Shown here piece by piece: positions 24,591 to 36,829 of a stretch of 64,000 nucleotides of DNA. The DNA comes from Mobula hypostoma (Eukaryota), in contig NC_086097.1 in NCBI RefSeq assembly GCF_963921235.1, positions 160,148,001 to 160,212,000 of the forward strand, written 5' to 3'. The position numbers and the translations under genes are program-made. The notes beneath the pieces are model-generated. The model did no database searches and was not told the DNA's origin. It saw only the letters and a list, made by a program, of their open reading frames with translations. Every line of letters begins with the position of its first letter. The first letter of the stretch is position 1.

Positions 24591-25199
24591 CATTAGAAGA
24601 GATTGCAAATGCTCGAAATCCAGAGCAACGCACAAAGGCAGTGGAGAAACATAAAGAGTCAAGCCCCACATATGGAGGGAAATGGACAGTCAACATTTCG
24701 GATCAAGAATCTTAGCCTGTCACGTTAGTTTGTTTACTGGTTGGATGGTAGTTCCCGCCTGTATGGAAGCTGATAAATTTTCTTATTATTAGGACAATAA
24801 AGTTATGAGTTCAAAGTCAACGTCGAGTTTATTGTCACATGCATGGATCGTGTATGTACAGGTGCAATGAAAAACAGCATCACCAGCGCAAAAAACATCA
24901 ATTAAACACATTTTCACAAGAAAGAATATAAATAAAACAAAACAAAAGGACATTTTAGCAGAAAGTGATGCAGCATCCAAACTTGCTGGCTATAGGTATC
25001 AGAAATTCAAATGCATCTTGCAAACAGCTCTGAACTACTTCCCATTTTGCTTGCTATATTGCAAATATTTATAAGTATTTTGAGATGTTGTTAGAAGCTA
25101 TTTTAGAAACATGTGCTTACAGGACAGAGAAATGCTGAGGAAGAGATGAAATTCAGAAACTGTGTTTATATCCTCTAGAAATGTCAATGCATTCAAATC

Positions 25200-25470
25200 A
25201 ATTAAAATCTGTTATTTAGTTTTTGAAGTGCAATCATCATTGTAATTTAAGAATTAACGTGTCTGACTTCAGCAACCTCTAACTCTATATTTGTGATATT
25301 GGTTGAGGAATAAACATTGACTGTGACACCAGGAATACTTCCAATGGTCTTCTTCAAAATTGTGCCAAGGGATCTTCTACATCCATCTGAAAGAAAAGTT
25401 GAGACTATTGGTTAACAATTCATCAGAAAGGCAGACTCCTTAATCATGTAGTACTCTCTCTAGCACTGCA
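25200..25470 (-). mobile_element. Deu-domain SINE remnant (SacSINE1/AmnSINE1-like)
   Basis: Reverse complement reads tgcagtgctagagagagtactac…gatggatgtagaagatcccttggcacaattttgaagaaga…tttattcctcaaccaatatcac, matching the Deu domain as I recall it. Confidence 0.65.
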
Positions 25471-25936
25471 CATATCGTTACCATTGCATGCCCACCTCAA
25501 GTACCGTATGACTGAGCCTAGCAGCTGAGGTTTCGCCTCTGGGAGTATAGTCCTAGCTTAACAAGAAACATGGAATGCTCAGTGATTTATTGTATTCTAC
25601 TATATGAAACGATGCAGCATCTGAAAAAGCATTTGACTGACCAAAGCTTAGTTGGATTTAGATTAAGTGCTGACAAATGGAATTAGTGTAACTAGGTATT
25701 TGATGGTTGGCATGGAAAGAAGGCCCGTTCTGTGTGATATGGTCCTCTTTTATATTCATTACTCCCAGTGCTGCCTCCTCTACATTGGTGAGACCCGACG
25801 TTGATTCATCGAGCACTTTTGCTCCATCCACCACAAGAGGCAGGATCTGCTGATAGCCATCCATTTAAATTGACTTCCCATTCACATTCTGACATATCTT
25901 TCCATAGCCTCTTCTACTGGAAGGATGAACTGACAA

Positions 25937-28197
25937 AAATTATTCCGCTATTTATGAAGGGTGGGAGGCAGCAGAAAGGAAACTATAGACCTGTTAGTCT
26001 GACATCAGTGGTTGGGAAGGTGTTGGAATGGATTGTTAGGGATGAGATTACGGAATACTTGGAGGCACATGACAAGATAGGCCAAAGCCAGCATGGTTTC
26101 CTGAAAGGAAAATCCTGCCTGACCAACCTACTGCAATTTTTTGAGGAAATTACAGGCAGGGTAGACAAAGGAGATGCAGTAGATGTGGTACACTTGGATT
26201 TTCAGAAGGCCTTTGACAAGGTGCTGCACGTGAAGCTGCGTAGCAAGATAAGGGCTCATGGAATTATAGGGAAGTTACTAGCATGGGTGGAGCACTGGCT
26301 GATCAGCAGAAAAAGAAGAGTGGGAATAAAGGGATTCTATTCTGGCTGGCTGCTGGTTACCAGCGGAGTTTCACAGGGGTCGGTGTTGGGACCGCTGCTT
26401 TTTACGATGCATGCCAATGATTTGGAACATGGGATTAATGGATTTGAGGCTAAATTTGCCAATGTTACAAGGATAGGTGGAGGAGCAGGTAGTATTGAGG
26501 AAACAGGGAGCCTGCAGAGAGACTTAGATAGTTTAGGGGAATGGGCAAAGAAGTGGCAAATGAAATACAATGTTGGAAAGTGTATGGTCATGCACTTTGG
26601 TGGAAGAAATAAATGGGAAGACTATTATTTAGATGGGGAGACAATTCAAACTGCAGGGATGCAAAGGGACTTGGGAGTCCTTGTGCAAGATACCCTAAAG
26701 ATTAACCTCCAGGTTGAGTCAGTGGTGAAGAAGGCAAATAAAATGTTGGCATTCATTTCTAGAGGTATAGAATATAAGAGCAGGGATGTGATGTTAAGGC
26801 TCTATAAGGCACTCATGAGACTACACTTGGAGTATTGTGTGCAGTTTTGGGCTCCTTATTTTCAAAAAGATATACTGACATTGGAGAGGGTTCAGAGAAG
26901 ATTCACAAAAATAATTCCAGGAATGCAAGGGTTATTGTATGAGGAACGTCTGGCAGCTCTTGGACTGCATTCCCTGGAGTTCAGGAGAATGAGGAGAGGA
27001 TCTCATAGAAATATTCTGGATAGAAACCATAGAAACCATAGAAAAAACTACAGAACAGAAATAGGCCTTTTGGCCCTCCTTGGCTATGCCGACCCATTTT
27101 CTGCCTAGTCCCACTGACCTGCACAGGGACCATATCCCTCCATACACCTCCCATCCATGTAGCTGTTCAATTTATTCTTAAATGTTAAAGAAGAACCTAC
27201 ATTTACCACCTCGTCTGGCAGCTCATTCCACACTCCCAGCACTCTTTGTGTGAAGAAGCCCCCGCTAATGTTCCCTTTAAACTTTTCCCCCCTCACCCTT
27301 AACCCATGTCCTCTGTTTTTTTTTCTCCCCTTGCCTCAGTGGAAAAAGCCTGCTTGCATTCACTCTATCTATACCCATCATAATTTTATATACCTCTATC
27401 AAATCTCCCCTGATTCTTCTACGCTCCAGGGAATAAAGTCCAAACCTATTCAACCTTTCTCTGTAACTGAGTTTCTCAAGTCCCAGCAACATCCTTGTAA
27501 ACCTTCTTTGCACTTGTTCAACCTTATTAATATCCTTCCTGTAATTTGGTGACCAAAACTGAACACAATACTCCAGATTCGGCCTCACCAATGCCTTATA
27601 CAACCTCATCATAACATTCCAGCTCTTAAACTCAATACTTTGATTAATAAAGGCCAATGTACCAAAAGCTCTCTTTATGACCCTATCTACCTGTGACACC
27701 ACTTTTAGGAAATTTTGTGTCTGTATTCCCAGATCCCTCTGTTCTACTGCACTCCTCAGTGCCTTACCATTTACCCTGTATGTTCTACCTTGGTTTGTCC
27801 TTCCAAAATGCAATACCTCACACTTGTCTGAATGTTAGAAGGCCTGAACAGATTAAATATGGCAAAGTTATTTCCCATGGTAGGGGATTCTAGGACAAGA
27901 GGGCACGACATCAGAATTGAAGGATGTCCATTTAGAACAGAGATGCGGAGAAATTACTTTAGTCAGAGGGTGGTAAATCTATGGAATTTGTTGCCATGAG
28001 CAGCTGTGGAGGCCAAGTCATTGGGTGCACTGAAGGCAGAGATAGATAAGTTCTTGAGTAGCCAGGGTATGGGGAGAAGGCAGGACAGTGGGGATGACTG
28101 GAAGAATTGGATCAGCCAATGATTGAATGGCGGAGCAGACTCAATGGGTTGAATGGCCTACTTCTGCTCCTATATCTTATGGTCTTATGGTCTTATG
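25937..28197 (+). mobile_element. CR1 LINE, 5'-truncated (RT domain to 3' end), interrupted
   Basis: NYRPVSLTSVVGK, SQHGF, LDFQKAFDKV, SGVSQGSVLGP, LEYCVQFWAP; resumes at ~27829 and ends in (TCTTATGG)n. Confidence 0.95.
27018..27828 (-). mobile_element. CR1 LINE 3' fragment nested antisense in another CR1
   Basis: ORF 27277..27813 MHFGRTN…LVRPNLEYCVQFWSP; (TTTCTATGG)n tail at ~27020-27045. Confidence 0.92.
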
Positions 28198-30721
28198 ATG
28201 AGGAGCAATATTTCCTATTGCATCTGGGTAGCCTCCAACCTGTTAGCATGAACATCACTTTCTCTAACTTCTGGTAATCTTTCCCCCTTCCCCCTTCTCT
28301 CTTTCTCCATTCCCCATTCTTCATTCCCCACTCATCCATTTTCTTCCCCTCACCTGCTTATCACCTCCCTCTTCCTTCCCTTTCTTACATGGTCCTGTGT
28401 CCTCCCCTTTTAGATTCCTTTGTCTTCAGACCCTTCCCTCTTCCACCTGGCACCTGTCACTTATACTCCTTCCTTCCTACCTACTTTCTTATTCTGGTTT
28501 CCGTCCCTTATTTTCCAGTCCTGAATGTTAATTCCCCTCCATAGATGCTGGTTGAGTTCCTCCAGCATTTTGAGTGTGTTACTCTGTATTTCCACCACCT
28601 GCAGAATCTCTTGTGTTAGTACACACTGAAGCAATTTTTTTTAAGTGATCTTTCTGTCTGCCTTTTTCATATAATCATTTGTCTGGCCACATTAGAAGTT
28701 CAGGAAAGAGTTTTGCTGTGTCTCTGTTGATGAAGCACAAACTATAATTATTTACTGTGAACAGAACTTCTGGATTGCATGCCCACAATTACACTGTGAT
28801 TTCTGTTAATCTAACATTTTTATTGCAGTTTGCATGGAACATTGTTTTGATACAATTAATGGTGCATCCTTGTCTTCAAGAAGTATGAAAAGTTCTCATC
28901 CCAAAACATAGACTCTTTCTTCTTCTCCCTAGATACTGCCTGACTTGCTGAGTTCCTCCAGCATTTTGTGCATGTTGCTCATACATTCATGACAGACATT
29001 TTATGTATTTCCTTCTGACTTAGAATGAGGACATTTCAGCCACCTCACAATCCCCGTTTATTTTCCACGTTACATTCTCCTCACACACGCATCAGCTCCT
29101 CTCAGATTCTACCACACACTGACACATTAGAAACAATTTACATTGGCCAGTTAAGATACCAATCTGCATTCCTTGAGATATGGGAGTAATGCAAAACATC
29201 CCAGGGAAATCTACTCACTCTTATGGAGAACATGCGAGCTCCACAGAGACAGTATGAGAAGCCAGGACAGAATTCTGATCTTCAGAGCTGTGGGACAGCA
29301 GCTCTGTCAACTGTGCTACTGAGTGGTCCACTGTTTCTGGGTTCAATTTTAGCTGCCCTCAACAGACTATCTCATTCACACACTGTCTATATATTCAGGC
29401 AGAGAGCAAAGTTGACCATTTAACAGAGAATATTACAACATGTATTAAAGGCAAAGAGGATGTAAGCATGAAGAGGCTGGATGATTGATTAAGATATTGA
29501 ATTCTGATGTCATCACAGAAGATGGGGATCAAAATTCAAGTAATTAAAATATTCAGGAATAAAAAAGTGAGTAGCAGTAATGGTAACTGGGCAACCACTA
29601 GACTCCATTTGGTTGATTAATGTGCTTCAGGGAAGGAAGCACAATAACCTGTGATTAGTTTGATAGACCCATCAAAGTGGTTGGCTCTTTACTGACTTCT
29701 GTAAGGCATGAACATAGAGCAACGAACAGTTCAACACAGAAACAGGCCCTTCACACTACTATGTCTGTGCTGAAAGTTCTGAGGCTAGTTAGGGCTGAAC
29801 AACAAATGATGACTTTCCTAGTAAAAGCCACATACTGAATTTATCAAGCTTGAGGAAAGTGGGATTTGGGATTAAATGACAATGCAGCCAGAATGTTTGC
29901 AAGCTGAATTCAAGAGATTCTGAAACCAGCTTAAACAGCACTGACTTTTGGTGCATGAAGAGGGACTTTAACTGATCTTTGTGCACAGCTCACACCACGT
30001 GACTCAATAGAATTTACAATCCCCCTAAGATATTATTACAGTGTGCAATTGCAGGAGGAGTAGCTGAATCTTATCAGTAAACAGAATAGCAATGTGAGTC
30101 TGAATCCAGGGGTATTCCTTCTACATATATTGTGCTGTTTTATGAAATAGTAAATCTAAAGGCAAATACAAATTCATATAAAATCAGGTATATCCTCCAT
30201 CCACAGTGGCTATTTAAGAGGCTGAACTGAATAATATCCAGGATGATTTCACTCTTCAAAGCATCAAGCACTGCCCTCTGGTGGTTTTGTTAAGTCAGAA
30301 AGGTTGTAGCTCTTAACAGGAGACTGGTTCATTTCCTCTAACAGTTTTATTTGGAAAAAAACAGATTATTAAGTAGAAATAAAAGTAATGGCAAAGATAG
30401 CCATTTTCATCATATTCCATAAACTCGTATAAAGTAGTCAATATGTTAGAATTGGATGTCTTTTAGAACTGAATACTTACAATTCAAATTTGGACAGGAT
30501 TGTGTACTAAAAGATTCTGCACTTCAGTTTGAAAAAGATTAGCTCAATTTTCATGTTGAACCAGGTATCATGAAGCTTCTAGTAGTCTATCAATTTAATA
30601 GAACTCACTACATGCAATCTCTACTCAATATACCTTGTTCAGTTTTAATCTGTACAATCCAATTTTCACATTGAACCATAAACATTTTTCCACCAGAATA
30701 GATAATTACTAGAAAATGACA

Positions 30722-31298
30722 AGTAACCCTCAGGTTCAGCCAATGGCATTAGTCTCGGGAAGACAGACTCCGGCCCCACCAAATGTGTGAAATCTGAGGT
30801 GCAAAACCTCTTGTTTGTGTGGATGTTGTGTAATGTGTTCCCCTGTTACGGGTCAGTACCTCGAAATAACAGACAATGCACCATATGCAATTAAATGATA
30901 CAGCTTTATAATTCTTAATTTGACTAGAGAGTTGGTAAAGAAAAACAAAAAGAAAAGGGCCCATTTTAATGAAACGGTCTGATGTGCACATTGGAGCTCA
31001 AGGTTTCCCGTCCGTTAGTCATCCATCGATTTCACCCAGGTATCATCAACTCCCGACCCCATTCCAAGTCCACTTTGTCCTGCAGTCTATGACCTCTCTG
31101 TTCTGGCATCTTCTCTCTCCCTCTTCTGCCGAACAAAAGAACTCAAACCACTCGCTCCCAGGCACGCAACAAGAAAAGGCACTCCCTTTATTGCACGGTA
31201 CACATTCCAAAGCCTCCGTTATCTCTAGTCATAACCCAAACACTGATGCTATGAAACAACCATTACATTAGCAGTAAAACCTTCCCCAGGGCATTACA
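30722..31298 (-). repeat. 3' LTR of the Gypsy element
   Basis: Direct-repeat homology to 36095-36672; adjacent PPT (minus strand GGTAGGGAGAGAG, 31299-31311). Confidence 0.92.
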
Positions 31299-32289
31299 CT
31301 CTCTCCCTACCAAATTTAGTCATGTCCTCATGACTTTGAGATAATTTGCCAACTCTTCATGCAAAACACAAAATCCAACCCAAGTGTGAAAGGCAGTGAC
31401 ACAGCTCCCCAAAGCAGTAGGGGCCACACTCTGTTCCCCTGGTGCTACATAGGCCAGCCTGATTCTTTGAGAACTCCACAACCCCTCATCTACTTCTTCA
31501 TGTTCCGACACTACTGGGAATAATTCTGGTCTACCTGGCGAGGTCTCCCCCAGCCTATCACTCATGCCCTCCTGCAACTTAGACCCCTCTGTCCTTTGGC
31601 TGAGCCCTGCTTCATTCCTTGCAGGGTCCTGCTGAAACCCAGGCTGTCCACAGACAGCCAACCCCCACCCCCGATTTCACCTGACACAACGTGAGAAGGG
31701 TTGGGAATCTCTTCCTCAATCAGTGGGGAGTTAGCAAAAGGCAGCGTATACTACACCCCCCATTCCCTCATCCTCCGAATCAGTATCCCTCTCAGGGGCA
31801 GAGGCCAGCCTAACCTCTCCTGCTGTTGGTCCTTCGGTCGCCCTGCCTCACCGCAGAGTCCTCTTACTAGGTGTAGGCTCAAGGTCGGGCTCTGGGTCAA
31901 CCTGCGCCTCTTGTCCCAGAGGCAGAAGGTAGTTCCGATGGAGAATCTTGACAGGCCCATTCCCATCCTCTGGTTTCACCCAGAAAACCGGTACGTTTGG
32001 TATCTGACTCTCCACTACATAGGGCATAGCCGCCCAGCAGTCAGCCAATTTATGCTTCGCAGGTAGCCCCAAATTCCTTATGAGGACTTGGAGAACCTAA
32101 CCTTTTGATCATACCTCCTCTTGTTTCCTTGATTCTGCTTGGCAGTCGTGACCTCAGCTAATTCATTAGCCCTTTTCAACTCCCTTCTCATATCAGACAC
32201 ATACTTCAGATGTCTTTGGTGGTAGGTCATCCTCCTCAGTCCCAAAACAAAGGTCGATGGGCAACCACACCTCGCACTCAAACATCAGA

Positions 32290-32930
32290 TAATACGGCGA
32301 GTACCCGATAGCTTCATTTCGGGTGCAGTTGTAGCAGTGGACCAGCTGTCCAACATGTTGACTCTACCTACTCTTCTTGCTGATCACCAAGGTTCTGAGC
32401 ATGTATAGCAAGGTCCGATGAAACCTCTTGGGCTGGGGATCACCCTGCGGGTGATAAGGAGTAGTCTACGCCTTCTCGACTCTGATCATGCTCAGTAATT
32501 CATAGATGAGCCTACTCTCTAAGTCCCATCCCTGATCACTATGGATCGTCCTGTGGAGGCCATAATAAATTAAATACTTCTCCTGTAACACTATGGCCAC
32601 GGTGGGCACCCTCTGATCCTTGGTAGGGAAAGCTTGCGCATGTCTGGTGTAATGATCGGTGATAACAAAGACATTCGTTATGTTGCTGGCATCTGTCTCT
32701 GTTGACAGGAAATCCATACACACCAGGTCAAGGGGCCCCGCACTCTGCAAGTGGGACAAGGGAGCTGCCCTCATAGGCAGCATCTTCCTCCGTATGCATT
32801 GAATGCACAACTTGCAGTATTCGTCAACCTCCGGCTTCATTCAGGGCCAGTAAAACCGATCTCTGAGCAATCCACAGGTCTTTTCAACCCCCAAATGTCC
32901 AGAATCATCACGAAATGACTTCAACACAAT
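32290..32930 (-). pseudogene. Gypsy integrase remnant
   Basis: DDSGHLG…RDRFYWP, CIQC (HHCC), LVCMDF, ITDHYTR, IHSDQG. Confidence 0.9.
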
Positions 32931-33399
32931 CCTCCGGTACTTCTCAGGCAGAACAAGCTGGGAATGCTGAGGCCGGTCCAGAGATGATGTGACCCAGTAT
33001 CGGATCTGGTTCCTCAATGCCAATCCGGGCCATTCTCTCAGTAATGGAGGCACCACAGCATGTTTTGTCTTCTCCGCTTGGGCCATGTCTCCCTTTTCAA
33101 ATGGTACCAATGCCTGTGCCATCTCGATAAGCACTTGCCACTTCTCCAGGACTCAATTCCAGTAACTGGTTTGTCTTCAGAGCAGTCAGCTTACAGTAAG
33201 CTTGTGGAATGGTGTCATCAGTTGATCAGCTGCTCGATCCCACCCTTGCCTTCTGTCTGTCTTCACCACGATGGCAGACTGGCACATGGCCTTCACCCCC
33301 GGGGCAGAAATGCTCTGCCACTCTCTGTCCCAGTCCAGTCCACGTCAGGACAAAGCATCAGCATCAATGTTTCTACTTCCCAGCTGGTACTTCATGCTA

Positions 33400-34330
33400 A
33401 AATCATAGGCAGACAATGTCGCCAACCACCGATGGCCTGTGGCATCCAATTTTGCCAAGGTCAGGATATAAGTTAGGGGATTGTTGTCTGTCCTCACCTC
33501 AAACTTGGCACCTTAGAGGTAGTTACTCAGCTTATCCACCACAGCCCATTTCAATGCCAGAAAGTCCAATTTGTGCGTGGGATAGTTTTCTCAGAGGGCG
33601 ACAGATTCTGGCTGACAAACACAACAGGTCTCAACCCAGTGCCTGTTCCTGATACAGGACACCCCCTAAGCCCTCTCTGCTGGTATCCATGTGCAGTACA
33701 TATGGCAATTGGTGGTCTGCAAAAACCAGCACAGGCACTTGGGTCAGCATCTCCTTCAGCAACTGAAAGGCCTCTTCAAATTTTGCATCCCACCTCGGTC
33801 CAAAAGCCTCCGAAGATCTAAGATACATTTTACCCTCCTCTCCTTTTGTCCTCCTCCCTTTTCTCCCCAAGGGAGGGTAACCACACAGAAGCTAATTTAA
33901 AGGGTGACTCACTTTCGCGTAGCCCTTCACAAACTTCTGATAGTAACCACAGAACCCAAGGAATGAACGCAAAGCGCTCACAGTCTGAGGTCTTGGCCAT
34001 GTGGTCACCGCCTCTACCTTAGACGGATCTGTAGCTACTCCTTTCCGTGAGTCCATGTGTCCAACATAGCTGACAGACATCTTGCAGAACTGGCACTTGT
34101 CCAGAGATCACCCGCACTAAGACCCCAGATCTCTAGTGCATTGAATGACCTCAATGGTAAGTGTATCAAATACTGGTTGTAAAATGAACACTGCAACAAC
34201 GTGACCTGCAACCCGGTGTCAAATATGGCTTTAGCATAAATACCCTCTATCTGTAGCAACACACTGGAACTTGGCCCCACTAAGCCTTCAGGAATAGGGT
34301 TTTTTTTCTTTAGGGTGTTCCTAATATATT
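33400..34330 (-). pseudogene. Gypsy protease, RT C-terminus and RNase H remnant
   Basis: AIFDTGLQVT (protease) joined directly to KCQF…VSYVGH…LRSFLGFCGYY; LHMDTSREGLGGVLYQ (RNase H). Confidence 0.88.
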
Positions 34331-34399
34331 GCTGGGAATGTGTCGCCCTCAATACAACAGGCCATCCCCTCAATGGGTCTCTTTTAAGTTTTCCCAGCA

Positions 34400-36001
34400 A
34401 TTCTCTCTGCTTAGGTACTCAGGGGCTCACTCTCTGAGGGGTTTCACATCGTTCACACTCCTGCCTGGTGTCCCTCTTCACTACAGTTATAAGAGACAAT
34501 TCCGGCCGCTCCCCTTCTTGCATGACGCTGGCTGCTAGCAGCGTTCCACATAGTCCGTCCCATTAGAGGAGCCACTTCCCTATCAGCTCCATCAAATGGC
34601 GGGGGGGGGGGGTCACATCTGCTGATAACAACAACCGGGACATCTCAGTTCTCAACTCTGCCACAATCTCTTCTACCGCTCCTGGGGACAGGCTATCTGG
34701 GGTCACTTCACTGCAGGGGACCACTACCGAGCACTGTACCCTGCTGACGGAGGCCTCCCACGCCCCTGATGCATTCTCCTCCTCTCGTAGTTCTCTAATC
34801 AGCTCAACAAAGGAGAGATGAGGGCGCATCTTACGAAACATTCAGAGACCCAAAGCAATCAGGTCCTGGGACTGGGCACCCTTTGCTATCTGGTCCATTC
34901 TTAACTGATCCACCTCGCCCGTCTGAATGGCCCCTCTGCACTGCCTGAATGGCTCCTCTGTGCGGCAAGAAATTTAGCTGCCTCTCTAGCTGAAAGATGT
35001 AGGTAGAAAGCTTCTCCCCCTTCTCTTGACACATGTTCTGAAACCCTGTCATGAGCTCCACTGGGCTTCCTGCCATGCCAAATGCCTTTTCCAGTGCTCG
35101 CATGTAAGTGGCAGTAGTGGCAAGGGAGTACTGGGATTTTACGACTCTCGCAACATCAGTAGCCCGCCCACTCTAACTTTCAGCCAATCACTGTCATATT
35201 ACATCATCAGAGCACTGCCACTCATCTAATAACTGAGAGGTCTTCTCCGGCCAAGTCTCATACTCTTCCAACAACAGGAATTCTGCAGATGCTGGAAATT
35301 CAAGCAACACACATCAAAGTTGCTGGTGAACGCAGCAGGCCAGGCAGCATCTCTAGGAAGAGGTACAGTCGACATTTCAGGCCAAGACCCCTCGTCATCA
35401 CCAGCAACTTTGATGTCTCATACTCCTCCTCCCCTTTAGGGTTGGGCTTCATTCCTGAGAATAGGCAAAGCCTACCATAGCTGGCACTTTGAATCTAGGC
35501 ATTTTTCTATTTATTCACCAGGGAGGCAAGGGTGGATACTAACTCAGAATTCTCACTCTTCACTGATGGACGGGGACTCATTAGACATTCCAAATCAGAC
35601 CACTCCTTCCCCTTGATAAGCAGAAACAAGAGAACCCTATCTTTTAAGTCTCCGCCCCCAGCTACAGGAGACTTGATTTGCGATTTGGCCTGTTCCGCTG
35701 TACTCTCCTCCTCCCAGAAAGTATGGACAGTCCATGGCCCCCTCTCTCTTGGGGCCCCAGTAGTACCAGGCAGTTCCACTGCCATTACATCAGTGCTAGT
35801 CCAAACTAAAATAAGGTTTGTGCTGGCCATTTTATCAAATCTCCACCCCACAATCATAACATTGCTTACAGCTTTAACAGTACTTAAAAATTGAATTAAC
35901 AATTCATCAGGAGTACGAATAGCTACCCCACTCAACACGCACATATTCGTTACCGGTAACCCTGTGGATGAACACCACCACTCCACCCCTGCAGCATCCA
36001 T
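34400..36001 (-). pseudogene. PNMA-like Gypsy gag remnant
   Basis: N-terminus MDAAGVEWWC…CVLSGV…GPWTV and capsid-like ALEKAFG…QEKGEKLSTYIFQLERQL resemble PNMA-type gag; frameshifted. Confidence 0.75.
35270..35414 (-). mobile_element. Short Penelope terminal fragment inserted in gag
   Basis: Antisense to the PLE terminus at 12750-12846; flanked by GTCTCATACTCTTCC (35255-35269) and GTCTCATACTCCTCC (35415-35429). Confidence 0.8.
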
Positions 36002-36072
36002 ACTAGCACAGACTTAACACACAACCCACTGGTTCAATGCTCAGGGCAATCACACAGCATCCAACGAAATCA

Positions 36073-36090
36073 ATCCTGGATGAGCCCCCA
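36073..36090 (-). promoter_or_regulatory. Primer-binding site complementary to tRNA-Pro
   Basis: Minus strand TGGGGGCTCATCCAGGAT versus canonical PBS-Pro TGGGGGCTCGTCCGGGAT (2 G>A mismatches), 4 nt from the 5' LTR. Confidence 0.85.
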
Positions 36091-36094
36091 CAGT

Positions 36095-36672
36095 TGTAAC
36101 CCTTAGGTTTGGCTGGCAGCATTAGTCTCAGGAAGACAGTCTCTGGCCCCGCCGAACGTGTGAAATTTGAGGTGCAAAATCTTTTGTTTGGGTGCATGCT
36201 GCATGATGTGTTCCCCTGATACAAGTCAGTACCACAAAATAATAGACAATACACCATATGCAATTAAATGTTTTAACTTCATAATTCTTAATTTGACTCG
36301 AGGATTAATGAAAAAAAAACAAAAAGAAAAGGGCCTATTTTAATGAAACAGTCTAACGTGCACGTTGGAGCTCACAGTTTCCTGTCCATTCCTCCTCCAT
36401 CAATTTCCCTCGAGTCTTGTTGACTCCTGAACCCATTCCAAGTCCACTCCATCCTGCAGTCTATGACCTCTTTGTCCTGGCATCTTCTCTCTCCAGCTTC
36501 CACCGAACAAAAGACCTCAAACCACTTGCTCTCAGGCACACAACAAGAAAAAACACTCCTTTCATTGGATGGCATGCATTCCAAAGCCCCTGTTATCTCT
36601 ATTCATAACCCAAACACTGCTGCTACAGAACAACCATTACATTAGCAGTGAAACCTTTTCCAAGGCATTACA
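36095..36672 (-). repeat. 5' LTR of the Gypsy element
   Basis: TGTAAC…TTACA termini; homologous to 30722-31298. Confidence 0.92.
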
Positions 36673-36829
36673 GACACAAGAGAGAAGGTAATAAGGTAAC
36701 AATTAAGAAAAACTGCAATAAATTAGGGAATGCAAATCTTGATAAGAGAAGTCTTTGGTAATAGAAGGCCATTACACTGCCATCTCAGAGCACAGGGGTT
36801 GGAATATGAAGTTCTGGGGAAAGATATAA

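Larger units (their letters stand above)
25760..28620 (+). mobile_element. Penelope-like 3' fragment (halves ~25760-25935 and ~28197-28620) split by CR1s
   Basis: ctctacattggtgagacc (LYIGET) and tcccattcacattctgacat before the break; gggtagcctccaacctg…catgaacatc and the PLE tail after it. Confidence 0.75.
30722..36672 (-). mobile_element. Ty3/Gypsy LTR retrotransposon with PNMA-like gag, both LTRs, degenerate
   Basis: LTRs at 30722-31298 and 36095-36672; TSD GACA at 30718-30721 and 36673-36676; PBS, PPT, gag-PR-(RT mostly deleted)-RH-IN order. Confidence 0.95.

Noticed and set aside
25801..27108. Longest ORF (435 aa) as a host gene or active RT
   Set aside because: Chimera of Penelope, CR1 RT and antisense CR1 tail; catalytic aspartates mutated; no endonuclease.
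31320..32070. Possible env or extra ORF downstream of the Gypsy integrase
   Set aside because: Reads as the IN C-terminal (GPY/F-like) region plus low-complexity tail; no signal peptide, furin site or TM segment evident.
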